From a virus (Duplodnaviria > Caudoviricetes): a stretch of DNA of 58,313 bases. Of the stretch, positions 1 to 8,241 are shown piece after piece. Numbering within the stretch: position 1 is the stretch's first letter; each line of letters opens with the position of its first letter. The stretch is taken from the IMG/VR virus record IMGVR_UViG_3300037264_003745, positions 1-58,313 of that record. One strand, written 5' to 3'. The notes under the pieces were generated by a model. The model worked only from the letters and a program-made list of their open reading frames with translations, was not told the DNA's origin and ran no database searches. Both the position numbers and the translations under genes were made by a program.

Positions 1-127
1 GGCGACCGGTGCGACCGGGACCGCGGCCGCCGCAGCTTGCGCCGCCGCGGCTTCGAGGTACCACGCGGGCGCTACCGTTGCGCGCGCGGGCGGTGCGATG
101 CGGGGCGATCCGGTCGGCGCCCCCCCC
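1..127. repeat. Terminal direct repeat copy 1 (circular assembly overlap)
   Basis: Identical to 58187-58313; 127 nt is a common assembler k-mer length; an ORF reads through the junction. Confidence 0.95.
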
Positions 128-189
128 ATCGGCTTACCCGTCAAAGGGTTGACGCCTGCCTCGAAAAGCTTCCGTTCTCGCTTCGTCAT
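1..189 (-). CDS. Hypothetical protein, 5' part; continues across the circular junction to 57986 (129 aa in total)
   Basis: ATG at 189 preceded by AGGAGG; MTKRERKLFEAGVNPLTGKP... stays open across the junction. Confidence 0.75.
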   Translation of the reverse strand, partial: MTKRERKLFEAGVNPLTGKPMGGAPTGSPRIAPPARATVAPAWYLEAAAAQAAAAAVPVAPVA

Positions 190-411
190 ATGTTGTGCCT
201 CCTACTAGCACACCGATCCGTGCCGGCCGCACTTCACCCCCCCCCTCCCCTCCCCCCGGTAGTCAACTGTGGGGTGGGTAAAGCAGAAGACAGCTTCGGG
301 GCCAGCCGCAACGCGGATGTGGGGTGAAATATTGGTGCCAGGGAGGCAACGGAGACGGATGGCGGTGCGGACTGCGGTGCGGACTGTGGACTGTGGACTG
401 CGAGCTGCGAG

Positions 412-654
412 CTAGCGAGCTCGACCGTGCGGCCCGAGCAGCTTCATCCGCTCCTGCTGCTGCCGCTTCACCGCCGCCTTGGTCCCGTCGATCGACACGC
501 GGCCGTCCGCGGTGCGCGCCAGATCCTCCCGCCACATGTCCAGCACCGCCGCGGCGATCAGTGCGCGGCGACGGAGGATGCGGAGGCGGCGATGGAAGCG
601 GGAGCGGAGGCCGTCGAGGGTGCGATGGAGATTGGTGCCGGCGTCGTGTTTCAT
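412..654 (-). CDS. Hypothetical protein (80 aa)
   Basis: ATG at 654 after GAGGGTGTG; MKHDAGTNLHRTLDG...; last gene of the leftward cassette. Confidence 0.6.
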   Translation of the reverse strand: MKHDAGTNLHRTLDGLRSRFHRRLRILRRRALIAAAVLDMWREDLARTADGRVSIDGTKAAVKRQQQERMKLLGPHGRAR

Positions 655-682
655 CACACCCTCGAGACCTCGAGACCTCGAC

Positions 683-1123
683 CTACCGCGAGAACAGAAC
701 CTTCGTCGCGCCCGCGAGCCCGACCTTGCCGCCACCGGACGCGAACCCGTGCTGGGCGATCGTGTTGAGCACCTCGCGCAGGACGAGCGCTGCGAGGGCG
801 ATGCCCGCGACGCCGATCGGAGCGGCGACACCAGCCATCCACACGGGGAGCTGCTCGACGATCCACGCCAGGACGAGCGGGAGGAAGGGAAGGACAGCGC
901 GCGGGATGACCGGGATCAGCAGCGTGATGCCCCACACGATCCACGGGATCGCCACGACGCCGAGCGCCGTGATGACCGAGGCGATCGTGATGTCGACGGC
1001 GGGCTTGGGGACCGCCGCGGCTTGCGCGAGCAACTGCCCCGCGATGCCGATGATGAGGAACGCGAAGAGTGTGATCCGAAACGCGACGAGCTTCCGCATG
1101 CGCATGTGTGTGCTCCTTTTCAA
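683..1123 (-). CDS. Multi-pass membrane protein, holin-like
   Basis: About 4 hydrophobic segments; start overlaps the upstream stop. Confidence 0.6.
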   Translation of the reverse strand: MKRSTHMRMRKLVAFRITLFAFLIIGIAGQLLAQAAAVPKPAVDITIASVITALGVVAIPWIVWGITLLIPVIPRAVLPFLPLVLAWIVEQLPVWMAGVAAPIGVAGIALAALVLREVLNTIAQHGFASGGGKVGLAGATKVLFSR

Positions 1124-1443
1124 AACAGCTTTGGCGTCCAGACGACTTCGCCGCCGAGGGACAGGTTCTTCAGCCCGCCTCGATACGGCTTGTAGCAGCC
1201 GACCATGATCGACCAGTCGGAGCCGACGCGTGCGACGGCGGTGAGGCTCGCGCCGCCCGAGGACAGGTTGCCATCGGCATGGGCCACGACCGCGACATGC
1301 TGACCCTCGGGGATGAGCGCGAAGGCTCGCTTGACCGCGCGCTGGAGGTTCGCGTCGTCGAAGCGGCGGATGCCGTCCTTCTCATTGACAGACGGGGAAA
1401 CGGTGTTGAAGGTGTTGAAGGGGTCGGAGATCGGCATGGTCAT
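1120..1443 (-). CDS. Hypothetical protein with amphipathic C-terminal beta strands
   Basis: GGAGAG-ATGA junction; ends ...SLTAVARVGSDWSIMVG...GGEVVWTPKLF. Confidence 0.7.
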   Translation of the reverse strand: MTMPISDPFNTFNTVSPSVNEKDGIRRFDDANLQRAVKRAFALIPEGQHVAVVAHADGNLSSGGASLTAVARVGSDWSIMVGCYKPYRGGLKNLSLGGEVVWTPKLF

Positions 1444-1826
1444 CTCTCCTGTGTCTCGCACACTTCCGCGAGGTGTGACTCGACGATCTTCTCGGCAGTC
1501 TCTGCGTCTCGGTGCTCGTGGACACAGAGCAGGAGGGCCGCGAACGCCTTCAGTCGCGCGAGCTGCGCCTCCAGCTCGGCAACGCGGGCTTCAGCGACGG
1601 CCAGTAGCTTCCCGCGCAGGCCGCAGCGGAGGCGGAAGCGGCGGACGCGCAGCTCGTCCAGCTCCTGCGCCTGAGCTACGGACTTGCGATGGTCTTCCAC
1701 CTTCAGCTCTTCCAGCCGGCGGATAAGACCCTGCGCCTCGGCGACCTTAGCTTCGGCCGCACTGGCGCGAATCCCCATCTCGGCCAGCTCCTGCTCTAGC
1801 TTCTCCACGAGGGGGTCCATGCTCAT
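1440..1826 (-). CDS. Coiled-coil hypothetical protein
   Basis: Heptad-rich, AEARVAELE motif; 4-nt overlaps on both sides. Confidence 0.7.
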   Translation of the reverse strand: MSMDPLVEKLEQELAEMGIRASAAEAKVAEAQGLIRRLEELKVEDHRKSVAQAQELDELRVRRFRLRCGLRGKLLAVAEARVAELEAQLARLKAFAALLLCVHEHRDAETAEKIVESHLAEVCETQER

Positions 1827-2005
1827 CTCTCCAGTGTCTCTCTGCGTCTCAGATTCGCGATGTGGCCCTCATGCGACAAGACGAGCGCGTGCGTGTCCTG
1901 CTCGTCCTGTAGCTGCTGCTCCAGCTCGGCAACTCGGGCTTCGGCAGTGCTGGCGCGAATCTCCAAGTTGTGAATCTCCATGTCGTTCAAGCGGCGCATG
2001 CTCAT
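1823..2005 (-). CDS. Small coiled-coil hypothetical protein, partly paralogous to 1440-1826
   Basis: Shares AEARVAELE and the GGAGAGATGAGCATG start. Confidence 0.65.
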   Translation of the reverse strand: MSMRRLNDMEIHNLEIRASTAEARVAELEQQLQDEQDTHALVLSHEGHIANLRRRETLER

Positions 2006-2448
2006 CTCTCCCGCTCGACGTAAGCCCCGTCCCACCGAAGGATTCCCCGATACGGGTACTTCGCCCAGCAGCCCGTCGTGTAAGCGATCACGTGATGCTC
2101 CTCGTACAACCCGTCAGGCCGCGAGACGAGCACCCGATCCTCGTTCCGCACCGCGCACAGGCCAGCAGTCCGCAACTCGACCGCCAGGAACTCCAGCGGG
2201 ATGTCCTCCTCGTGCGGCCAGCATCCCGCGCCGATGCGCGCCTCAGCGTCGAGCACCGCCTGGAGATGCCGCGGGGCTTGCCACGGCGCGGGCACGTAGT
2301 CTCCTGCCGGGCCGGGCACGGGCGCGTAGCAGGCAGGGTAGAGCGTCGTCGTGGTCGTCGTGGGCGGAGGAGGTTGCGGCGGCACGGGCTCGCACCCGAC
2401 CCACCAGCCGGCCCACAGCACGGTGACGAGCGCCCACGCGCGGCTCAT
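2002..2448 (-). CDS. Putative lipoprotein (o-spanin-like position, or host-type surface lipoprotein)
   Basis: MSRAWALVTVLWAGWWVG-C lipobox-like signal followed by a Pro/Thr linker and a Cys-containing domain. Confidence 0.65.
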   Translation of the reverse strand: MSRAWALVTVLWAGWWVGCEPVPPQPPPPTTTTTTLYPACYAPVPGPAGDYVPAPWQAPRHLQAVLDAEARIGAGCWPHEEDIPLEFLAVELRTAGLCAVRNEDRVLVSRPDGLYEEHHVIAYTTGCWAKYPYRGILRWDGAYVERER

Positions 2449-2726
2449 GGCTCCACCCGCCGCGCCCGCACGAGCGCGTCGTGCGCGTCGAGCTCCGCCT
2501 CGATCCTCCGCAGTGCGTCTACAATCCCCGCCTGATTCTCGATCACGGCTCCGAGCTGCAACTCGGTCTTCGCCGCACGCATTTCGAGTTCGCGGTGCAT
2601 CGCGTCGTTCGCCTCGAATTGCGCCTTCACGTCCAGCCGCTCCTCGATCACGATCGCCAGCACCATTGCAGCGGCCAGCATGGTCAGGACTACGATGGTA
2701 CGGATCTTGTGCCCGTGCGCATCCAT
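2445..2726 (-). CDS. N-terminal TM plus coiled-coil protein (i-spanin-like)
   Basis: TIVVLTMLAAAMVLAIVI TM helix, then coiled coil; overlaps the lipoprotein start. Confidence 0.55.
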   Translation of the reverse strand: MDAHGHKIRTIVVLTMLAAAMVLAIVIEERLDVKAQFEANDAMHRELEMRAAKTELQLGAVIENQAGIVDALRRIEAELDAHDALVRARRVEP

Positions 2727-2734
2727 GATGCCCC

Positions 2735-3034
2735 CTATCGAGTCCCGACGGTGAAGTGCCGATCAATCTTCTCTTCGATCCGCATCAGTCGCTCCAGCAC
2801 AGCCCTTTGCGTCGAGCTGACGACCGCCATCTGCACCTCGACCGCTCCGATTCGCGCCTCGACCAAGCGCAGCTCCGTGCTCATTCGATCGCGCTGCGTG
2901 CTGGCGGAGCGGCGATCGTCCACGAGAAAGAAGCCCAACATCGCGATGATCGCCGACAAGACCATCGAGACAGTCCAGTCCGTGATGCTCTTGCCGCGCG
3001 GCGCGGGTACGGTGTCCGGCTCGATGTCGCTCAT
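2735..3034 (-). CDS. Single-TM plus coiled-coil protein (holin/lysis-associated type)
   Basis: WTVSMVLSAIIAMLGFFLV then ...LERLMRIEEKIDR. Confidence 0.6.
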   Translation of the reverse strand: MSDIEPDTVPAPRGKSITDWTVSMVLSAIIAMLGFFLVDDRRSASTQRDRMSTELRLVEARIGAVEVQMAVVSSTQRAVLERLMRIEEKIDRHFTVGTR

Positions 3035-3444
3035 CACTTGTCGTGCTCCTGGTGCCAAGCCGCGTGCAGCTTGCTCGGGTCGTGCTCGGGGTAGTCGGCG
3101 AGGTAGCGGATGTTGGCGGCCATGTGGCAGATCCCGATCGCCGCGCCGCAGATCGGGCAGGCCAGGAACGTGGTGTCGCTGCCGTGGAAGGTCTGGTAGA
3201 TCGCGAACGGGATGTCGCTCTCGCGCAGCACGGGCGGGCTGTCGTTTAGGACGAGCGTCCCGCCCCCGGTATACCGATGGTTGCCCGGATGTTCCAAGCG
3301 CAGGACACACTGCGGGCCAGCCGGGGTGTCTTCGAGCGCCTGACAGCGTGGGACACTCACTGCGCAGGTGTAGAAGCCGGGCTCGCCGAGACTCGGTGGG
3401 ACAAAGTGCGGTCCGTCGAGGCCGCAGTTCACACACTGGCTCAT
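3034..3444 (-). CDS. Cys/His-rich hypothetical protein
   Basis: CVNC, CxLxxxHxGxH and CPIC motifs. Confidence 0.65.
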   Translation of the reverse strand: MSQCVNCGLDGPHFVPPSLGEPGFYTCAVSVPRCQALEDTPAGPQCVLRLEHPGNHRYTGGGTLVLNDSPPVLRESDIPFAIYQTFHGSDTTFLACPICGAAIGICHMAANIRYLADYPEHDPSKLHAAWHQEHDK

Positions 3445-3839
3445 TGCGTCACCACGGGACCGCGACACAGGTCCACGGTCGGAGGTGCTGAGCATCGCAG
3501 CGTGCCACGAGGCCGCAGTTCACACACTGGCTCATTGCGTCACCTTGCTTGTCACTCGCTGGCTCCTGTGGCTTCGGCCTGGGCCACCCGGACATCTCGC
3601 TCGTCCTCCCCACGGTGGCCGGGGGCAACGCGTGCAGAGGATCTTTCTTGTGCCATCCGATGATCTCGCCGGCCGAACAGTGCCGCAGTTGCAGGCAGAT
3701 CTCCTCCGCGGACACGCCACCAACCTCTTCTCCCAACAGATCAATGTCGACCGTAACCCATAGCCTCACTGTGTCACCACGGGACCGCGACACAGGTCCA
3801 CGGTCGGAGCATTCGGTGCTGAGCATCGCAGCGTGCCAC
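3417..3839. repeat. Interleaved direct repeats: B at 3417-3453 = 3508-3544 (37 nt exact); A at 3448-3508 matches 3773-3839 apart from a 6-nt indel
   Basis: Direct sequence comparison. Confidence 0.9.
3449..3769 (-). CDS. Hypothetical inserted gene whose 3' end runs into a duplicated junction
   Basis: GTG overlaps the stop of the 502-aa gene; C-terminus contains a copy of MSQCVNCGL. Confidence 0.45.
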   Translation of the reverse strand: MRLWVTVDIDLLGEEVGGVSAEEICLQLRHCSAGEIIGWHKKDPLHALPPATVGRTSEMSGWPRPKPQEPASDKQGDAMSQCVNCGLVARCDAQHLRPWTCVAVPW

Positions 3840-5274
3840 TGCCCGAGCCCGTCACCACGTACTGGAAAACGTTGGGGCGAGGCTTGACGCCGATCGTCCC
3901 CGTTGCCGCCGTGAGCGAGTACGAGATCACGTCCGCCGGCCCCATGCCGAGCGCCGCCCGCTCGCACAGCGCCCGCGTGATGTCCCCCTCTGGCCGAATC
4001 GGCTGGCCGTTGCTGCCCTTCGGCGTGCAATCGAACAACGCCCCGCTGTGCCGCTTGCACGAGATGCTCGCGACCGGAGCCACGTCGTACGGGCACCCGT
4101 CGTTGAGCGCCGGCGTGCACGAGTCCTGCGCGATCAGCGACAGGCTCGCCTTCCACGCATTGCCGTCTTGGTCATGCCGCCATGCGGCCCAGTAGGTTCC
4201 GTGCGATCTCGCGTAGCACGTGAAGGCCTGCACAGCTTCGGGCCGCATGGCGGGGTCCGGATTGTACTCGTCCGTAACGTACGGCCTCGGCGAACCTCCG
4301 CCCCAGAACGTCGCGCTGTCGGTCGGCTGCGTGTCGTGCGCGTTGAGATATTGGAGTCGGTTCGCTTCGAGGTAAGGGAATGCCGGGTCCGCCTTGAAGT
4401 TCGTGCCGAAGAGATGCCGCGCGCAACCCTTCTCCGTCTCGACCTGCCGCAGCAGCGCCTCGAGTCCCAGCGAGTATTCGATCCGTGCGCCGGTGACTTG
4501 ATCCGGCTCGGTGCCATCCTCGTAGATCACGTTGCCGAACTCGCACGTCTCCTCGAACAGCTTCCGCGCGTGCGCGATGGGCACGAGGTCGGCGAGCGGA
4601 CCCGTCCACTCCGCCGTCAGGTGGTTCGCGCCCTGGATGTTCCCGTCCGCCCTCCACGGATGCGCGCAGGGTGCGCCGCCGCTCGACCAGACTTCCGTCT
4701 TCCTGCTCCAGCCGTCGTGTATCGAGTCCTCGATGACGATCCCGAGGTCGCCGGCCTGTGCGTGGCGTGCCCGGACTTCCTGCCAGTAGGCCGGGTTGAA
4801 TCGCGTCAGGTCGGCCTTCCCGTCCACCTCGACGTAGGGGCCACCGATCCCGTTCCTGCTCCACTCGGGCTCGTTGCAGGTGCGGAACGGTCCGTGCCGC
4901 CACTGGAGGATCGTCGCCCGCCCCTGCGTGTAGGCGAAGCCGACGAAGGACTCGCTGAGCCCCGGCCAGCCCGTCCCCTGCGTCGCCTCGCAGCACGAGA
5001 TCACCTTGCGGAGCTCGATCGATGCCCCGTCCACACGCACGAAGTCGCCCGCGCGCGTCGTGAGCAGCAGCTCCGGGTGGTAGTCGACTCCGGGCTGCGG
5101 TGTCGGCGTCGGGTGCGGCCCCGGCGGCTTCGGCGGGCACGACGCGCCCGACAGCAGCAGGATCGCTACACCGCCGAGAGCCAGGAGCCAGAGGCGGGAA
5201 CGGCGTGGCTCGGTCGGCCGCGGCGACCCGGTGTAGCGTGCGCGGCGGAGATAGACAGGCGTCATCACCATCAC
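3766..5274 (-). CDS. Putative lipoprotein with a clan GH-A (GH5-like) glycoside hydrolase domain and a Cys-rich C-terminal domain
   Basis: Lipobox-like LLLSGAS-C plus PTPTP linker; NVIYEDGTEP (acid/base-like) and PYVTDEY (nucleophile-like) motifs. Confidence 0.6.
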   Translation of the reverse strand: MMVMTPVYLRRARYTGSPRPTEPRRSRLWLLALGGVAILLLSGASCPPKPPGPHPTPTPQPGVDYHPELLLTTRAGDFVRVDGASIELRKVISCCEATQGTGWPGLSESFVGFAYTQGRATILQWRHGPFRTCNEPEWSRNGIGGPYVEVDGKADLTRFNPAYWQEVRARHAQAGDLGIVIEDSIHDGWSRKTEVWSSGGAPCAHPWRADGNIQGANHLTAEWTGPLADLVPIAHARKLFEETCEFGNVIYEDGTEPDQVTGARIEYSLGLEALLRQVETEKGCARHLFGTNFKADPAFPYLEANRLQYLNAHDTQPTDSATFWGGGSPRPYVTDEYNPDPAMRPEAVQAFTCYARSHGTYWAAWRHDQDGNAWKASLSLIAQDSCTPALNDGCPYDVAPVASISCKRHSGALFDCTPKGSNGQPIRPEGDITRALCERAALGMGPADVISYSLTAATGTIGVKPRPNVFQYVVTGSGSGTLRCSAPNAPTVDLCRGPVVTQ

Positions 5275-5735
5275 CTTACCTCCCGTTTGCCGTACACCTC
5301 ATCCCAAACGGATTGCCGTATTCTCCAGCCTAGACTATAGCCTTTTACCAAGCCTATCTCACACGTACGTGCCTCACGCTCCATCCGCTCAATCATCGCG
5401 GACGTGACACGACGATCGTAGCTGTTCGTCCCGAGGTAGGGAAAATCATGTACGCAGTGGCAGACCTCGTGCGCGATGATGTCCATCCGACGCACCGCTG
5501 CTCGCCGCACTCTCACCACACACCCGTCAGACGCAAAATTCTTCACCACGCTCCCGATCCACTCGTCTGACTCCTCGATCTCTACTCTGTACTTCAAGTG
5601 TGGGGCCAGGAGTCGGCGCGAGTAGATGGAGGCTCGAGTAGCGGCAACTCGAAGGAAAACCGCATCGGGGTCAAGGACGGGGTCCAGCGGGGTCAGCGGG
5701 GTCAGCATGAGTGTGAGCGCGAGCGCGATCTTCAC
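5271..5735 (-). CDS. Putative secreted zincin-like metallopeptidase
   Basis: GTG at 5735 after GGAGG; hydrophobic N-terminus; IIAHEVCHCVH (HExxH). Confidence 0.6.
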   Translation of the reverse strand: MKIALALTLMLTPLTPLDPVLDPDAVFLRVAATRASIYSRRLLAPHLKYRVEIEESDEWIGSVVKNFASDGCVVRVRRAAVRRMDIIAHEVCHCVHDFPYLGTNSYDRRVTSAMIERMEREARTCEIGLVKGYSLGWRIRQSVWDEVYGKREVR

Positions 5736-5938
5736 TTCGTCCCTCCATTTGGTGTGTCCCAATACGGGCTGCGACAAGTCGAGAGCGGGCAGCGCGTCGG
5801 CCAGTGAGCAGACCTCGGCAGCCACCTGTGTCCGCATCGACGGCAACTGAGCGCGAGCGACTCGAGCGTGATCCGTCTCGCATCGAGCCGGCTCGTCGTC
5901 CTCCGAACGTCTCGTGTCGCCATTTCATCCATCCGCAT
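5732..5938 (-). CDS. Small Zn-ribbon protein
   Basis: CRRCGHRWLPR...PTRCP...CRSPYWD. Confidence 0.7.
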   Translation of the reverse strand: MRMDEMATRDVRRTTSRLDARRITLESLALSCRRCGHRWLPRSAHWPTRCPLSTCRSPYWDTPNGGTK

Positions 5939-5946
5939 ACGGATAC

Positions 5947-5975
5947 CTTATACGCCATCGTCTCCGTTGTGTCAA
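5947..5975 (-). promoter_or_regulatory. Sigma70-like promoter for the leftward cassette
   Basis: TTGACA-17 nt-TATAAG on the minus strand just upstream of 5938. Confidence 0.55.
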
Positions 5976-5987
5976 CATCTCTCTACC

Positions 5988-7706
5988 GTGGCGCAGCCCC
6001 GCATCCCTTCGATCGACGAGCTCCTGGCCGGCGACGCCGACTCCTACCTTGCGAAGATCGCGAAGCTCCCGGCCCCGCTCGTCGCGGAAGTCGAGAAACA
6101 GCTCAAGCAGCTCTACTCCCGCATCGGTGCGCACTCCGATATCCCATCGACTCCCATCGAGATGGCGATCCGCAATCCGCGCTACCGCTGGATGGACACT
6201 CCGCACTTCCGCTTCCTCGGCGAGAAAGCGGCGGAGTCGATCGAGTTCCTCGAGCCGACGATCGTCTCCATGCCACCGCGCTGTGGGAAATCGACAACCC
6301 TCTCGCAGTGGACTCCGTTTTGGGCGCTCGCCAAAAACCCGGAGCTTTCCATCCTCTTTGTCTCCTACGAAACCAACTTCGCCCGCCGCTGGGGGCTCAA
6401 GACCCGACAGCTCGTCGAGCTCCACGGCCACGAGTACGGGCTGAAGCTCAACCCGCGACAGACCGCCGCGGACAACTGGGAGCTCGAGAGCGGCGGCGGA
6501 ATGTCGACGGTCGGCGTAGGCGGCGGCATCGGCGGCAAGCCCGCGAAGCTCTTCATCCTCGACGATCTCCTGAAGGATCAGGAGGAGGCTCGATCCACCG
6601 TCCAGCGTGAGAACGCTTGGGAGTGGTGGCAGATGACTGCGATGCAGCGCATCGAGCCTGACACCGCTGTCTTCGCGATCGGCACACGCTGGAACGAGGA
6701 CGACATACTCGCGCGGATGATCTCGGCATCGAAGAGCGGGGCCGGCCCGCGCTTCAACGTGATCTCACTCCCCGCGCTCGCCGAGGAGAACGATCCGATC
6801 GGGCGAGCGGTCGGGGATCCGCTCTGGCCGGAGAGGTTCTCGAAAGCGTGGTGGGAGGCGCGGCGCTCCAACGTCTCCGATTACGTCTGGTCGGCGGTCT
6901 ACCAGCAGCGCCCAACCCCGCCGAGAGGGAACATCATCGACCCGGCGTGGTGGAGATACTACAGACTGAGCGAGCTGCCGGGCGAGTTCGACCAGATCAT
7001 CCAGTCCTGGGATCTCGCGCTCGACGCGCAGAAGCGGACAGACTCCTACCACTGCGGCGGTGTGCTCGCGCGCAAAGGCGCTCTCGTCTTCCTCCTCGCC
7101 GCTTTCCACGAGCACTGCGACATCAACAAGGTGATGAGTCAGATCCTCGACTGGAACCAGCTCTACCCGAAGGCCCGCACCAAGCTCATCGAGCGCGCGA
7201 TCAGCGGCCCCGCGGTCGTCCAGATGCTCCAGCATCAGGTGAGCGGGATGACGCCGTGGCCCCCGAAGGGAACGCGGAAGGACTCGAAGGAGGGGTGTCT
7301 TCACGCGATCCTGCCCGACATCCGCTCCGGCAACGTCCTCCTCCCGCTCAACTACGACGGCTCGAGACCGAAGTGGGTGGACGACATGACGGGCGAGGTG
7401 AGCAGCTTCCCGCACGCTCCTCATGACGATTGGGTCGACATGCTGAGCATGGGCGTCGCGTTCCTTCTCCCCTCCGCCCGGCGCGCAATCTCCGATGCCC
7501 ATGCCGAGGCACTGGCCTTGAAGCGGCCCGAGACTTCCGAGCAGGAACACGCCCGCTCCCTCCACTCCATCATCTCGAAGGTTGCCAAACCGCGGATGGA
7601 CGCGATGCGGAAGCTACAGGCGCGAGACGACGCATCGCCGTTCCCCACCAGCACGATCGACAGCTCGAAGCTCCGATCCGGGCGCGGAGTGCGGAAGGTG
7701 TGGTAG
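5988..7706 (+). CDS. terL: Terminase large subunit
   Basis: MPPRCGKST Walker A, FILDDLLKD Walker B, IGTRW, QSWD and FPHAPHDDWVD nuclease motifs; GTG at 5988 chosen as start. Confidence 0.95.
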   Translation: MAQPRIPSIDELLAGDADSYLAKIAKLPAPLVAEVEKQLKQLYSRIGAHSDIPSTPIEMAIRNPRYRWMDTPHFRFLGEKAAESIEFLEPTIVSMPPRCGKSTTLSQWTPFWALAKNPELSILFVSYETNFARRWGLKTRQLVELHGHEYGLKLNPRQTAADNWELESGGGMSTVGVGGGIGGKPAKLFILDDLLKDQEEARSTVQRENAWEWWQMTAMQRIEPDTAVFAIGTRWNEDDILARMISASKSGAGPRFNVISLPALAEENDPIGRAVGDPLWPERFSKAWWEARRSNVSDYVWSAVYQQRPTPPRGNIIDPAWWRYYRLSELPGEFDQIIQSWDLALDAQKRTDSYHCGGVLARKGALVFLLAAFHEHCDINKVMSQILDWNQLYPKARTKLIERAISGPAVVQMLQHQVSGMTPWPPKGTRKDSKEGCLHAILPDIRSGNVLLPLNYDGSRPKWVDDMTGEVSSFPHAPHDDWVDMLSMGVAFLLPSARRAISDAHAEALALKRPETSEQEHARSLHSIISKVAKPRMDAMRKLQARDDASPFPTSTIDSSKLRSGRGVRKVW

Positions 7707-7734
7707 GCGTAGGTGTTGACGGCGGCCCTGGCAG

Positions 7735-8229
7735 GTGAGACGATCCAGCGTCTGGAGGTGGATGATGTTCCACCAGTCGTGTGAAGCCCTCCGCACCTCC
7801 CTCCTAGCCCGCATCGCGGACCTCGAGTCCGAGAACCAACGTCTCGTTGACAAGCTGTTGGAGAGCCATGACGCAGCGGCGCAGCGGGAGCTCGAGCTCA
7901 CCGATCGTCTCCTCGCCGCCACGAATCCGCTCGCGGCCCGGACGGTGGCGGCGATGCGATCCCAGGCCCCGGCTTCCCCCCTTCCCGTGATGGGGCGTGT
8001 GGGGACATCCCAGGCCGCTCGCCGCTCCGGCGTCCGCCCGGTGCTCAACCCAGCCGCGGCCGGCTTCCGTCCGCTCACCGACATGATGAATCAGCAGCGG
8101 CAGCGCGTCGTCGACCGCGTCACGACGACCTTCCCCCCGCCGGCCGAGTCCGAGTCCGAGTCCGAGTCCGGGCTGCTCGAGCCTCGCTCCGACGGCCACG
8201 ATCCCGGTCAGAAGTCCGCCGCCGGTTAG
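7735..8229 (+). CDS. Hypothetical coiled-coil protein between terL and portal
   Basis: Open frame filling the gap; the start may be an ATG near 7762-7765. Confidence 0.65.
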   Translation: MRRSSVWRWMMFHQSCEALRTSLLARIADLESENQRLVDKLLESHDAAAQRELELTDRLLAATNPLAARTVAAMRSQAPASPLPVMGRVGTSQAARRSGVRPVLNPAAAGFRPLTDMMNQQRQRVVDRVTTTFPPPAESESESESGLLEPRSDGHDPGQKSAAG

Positions 8230-8241
8230 CGGTATCCCGCA

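Noticed and set aside
1-127. Biological terminal repeat of the virion DNA
   Set aside because: The length equals a common assembly k-mer and it falls in the middle of a gene; best read as a circularisation overlap
3417-3839. CRISPR mini-array or DGR template/variable repeat pair
   Set aside because: Only two copies of each repeat, coding in nature, with no adenine-specific mismatches; no reverse transcriptase or cas genes
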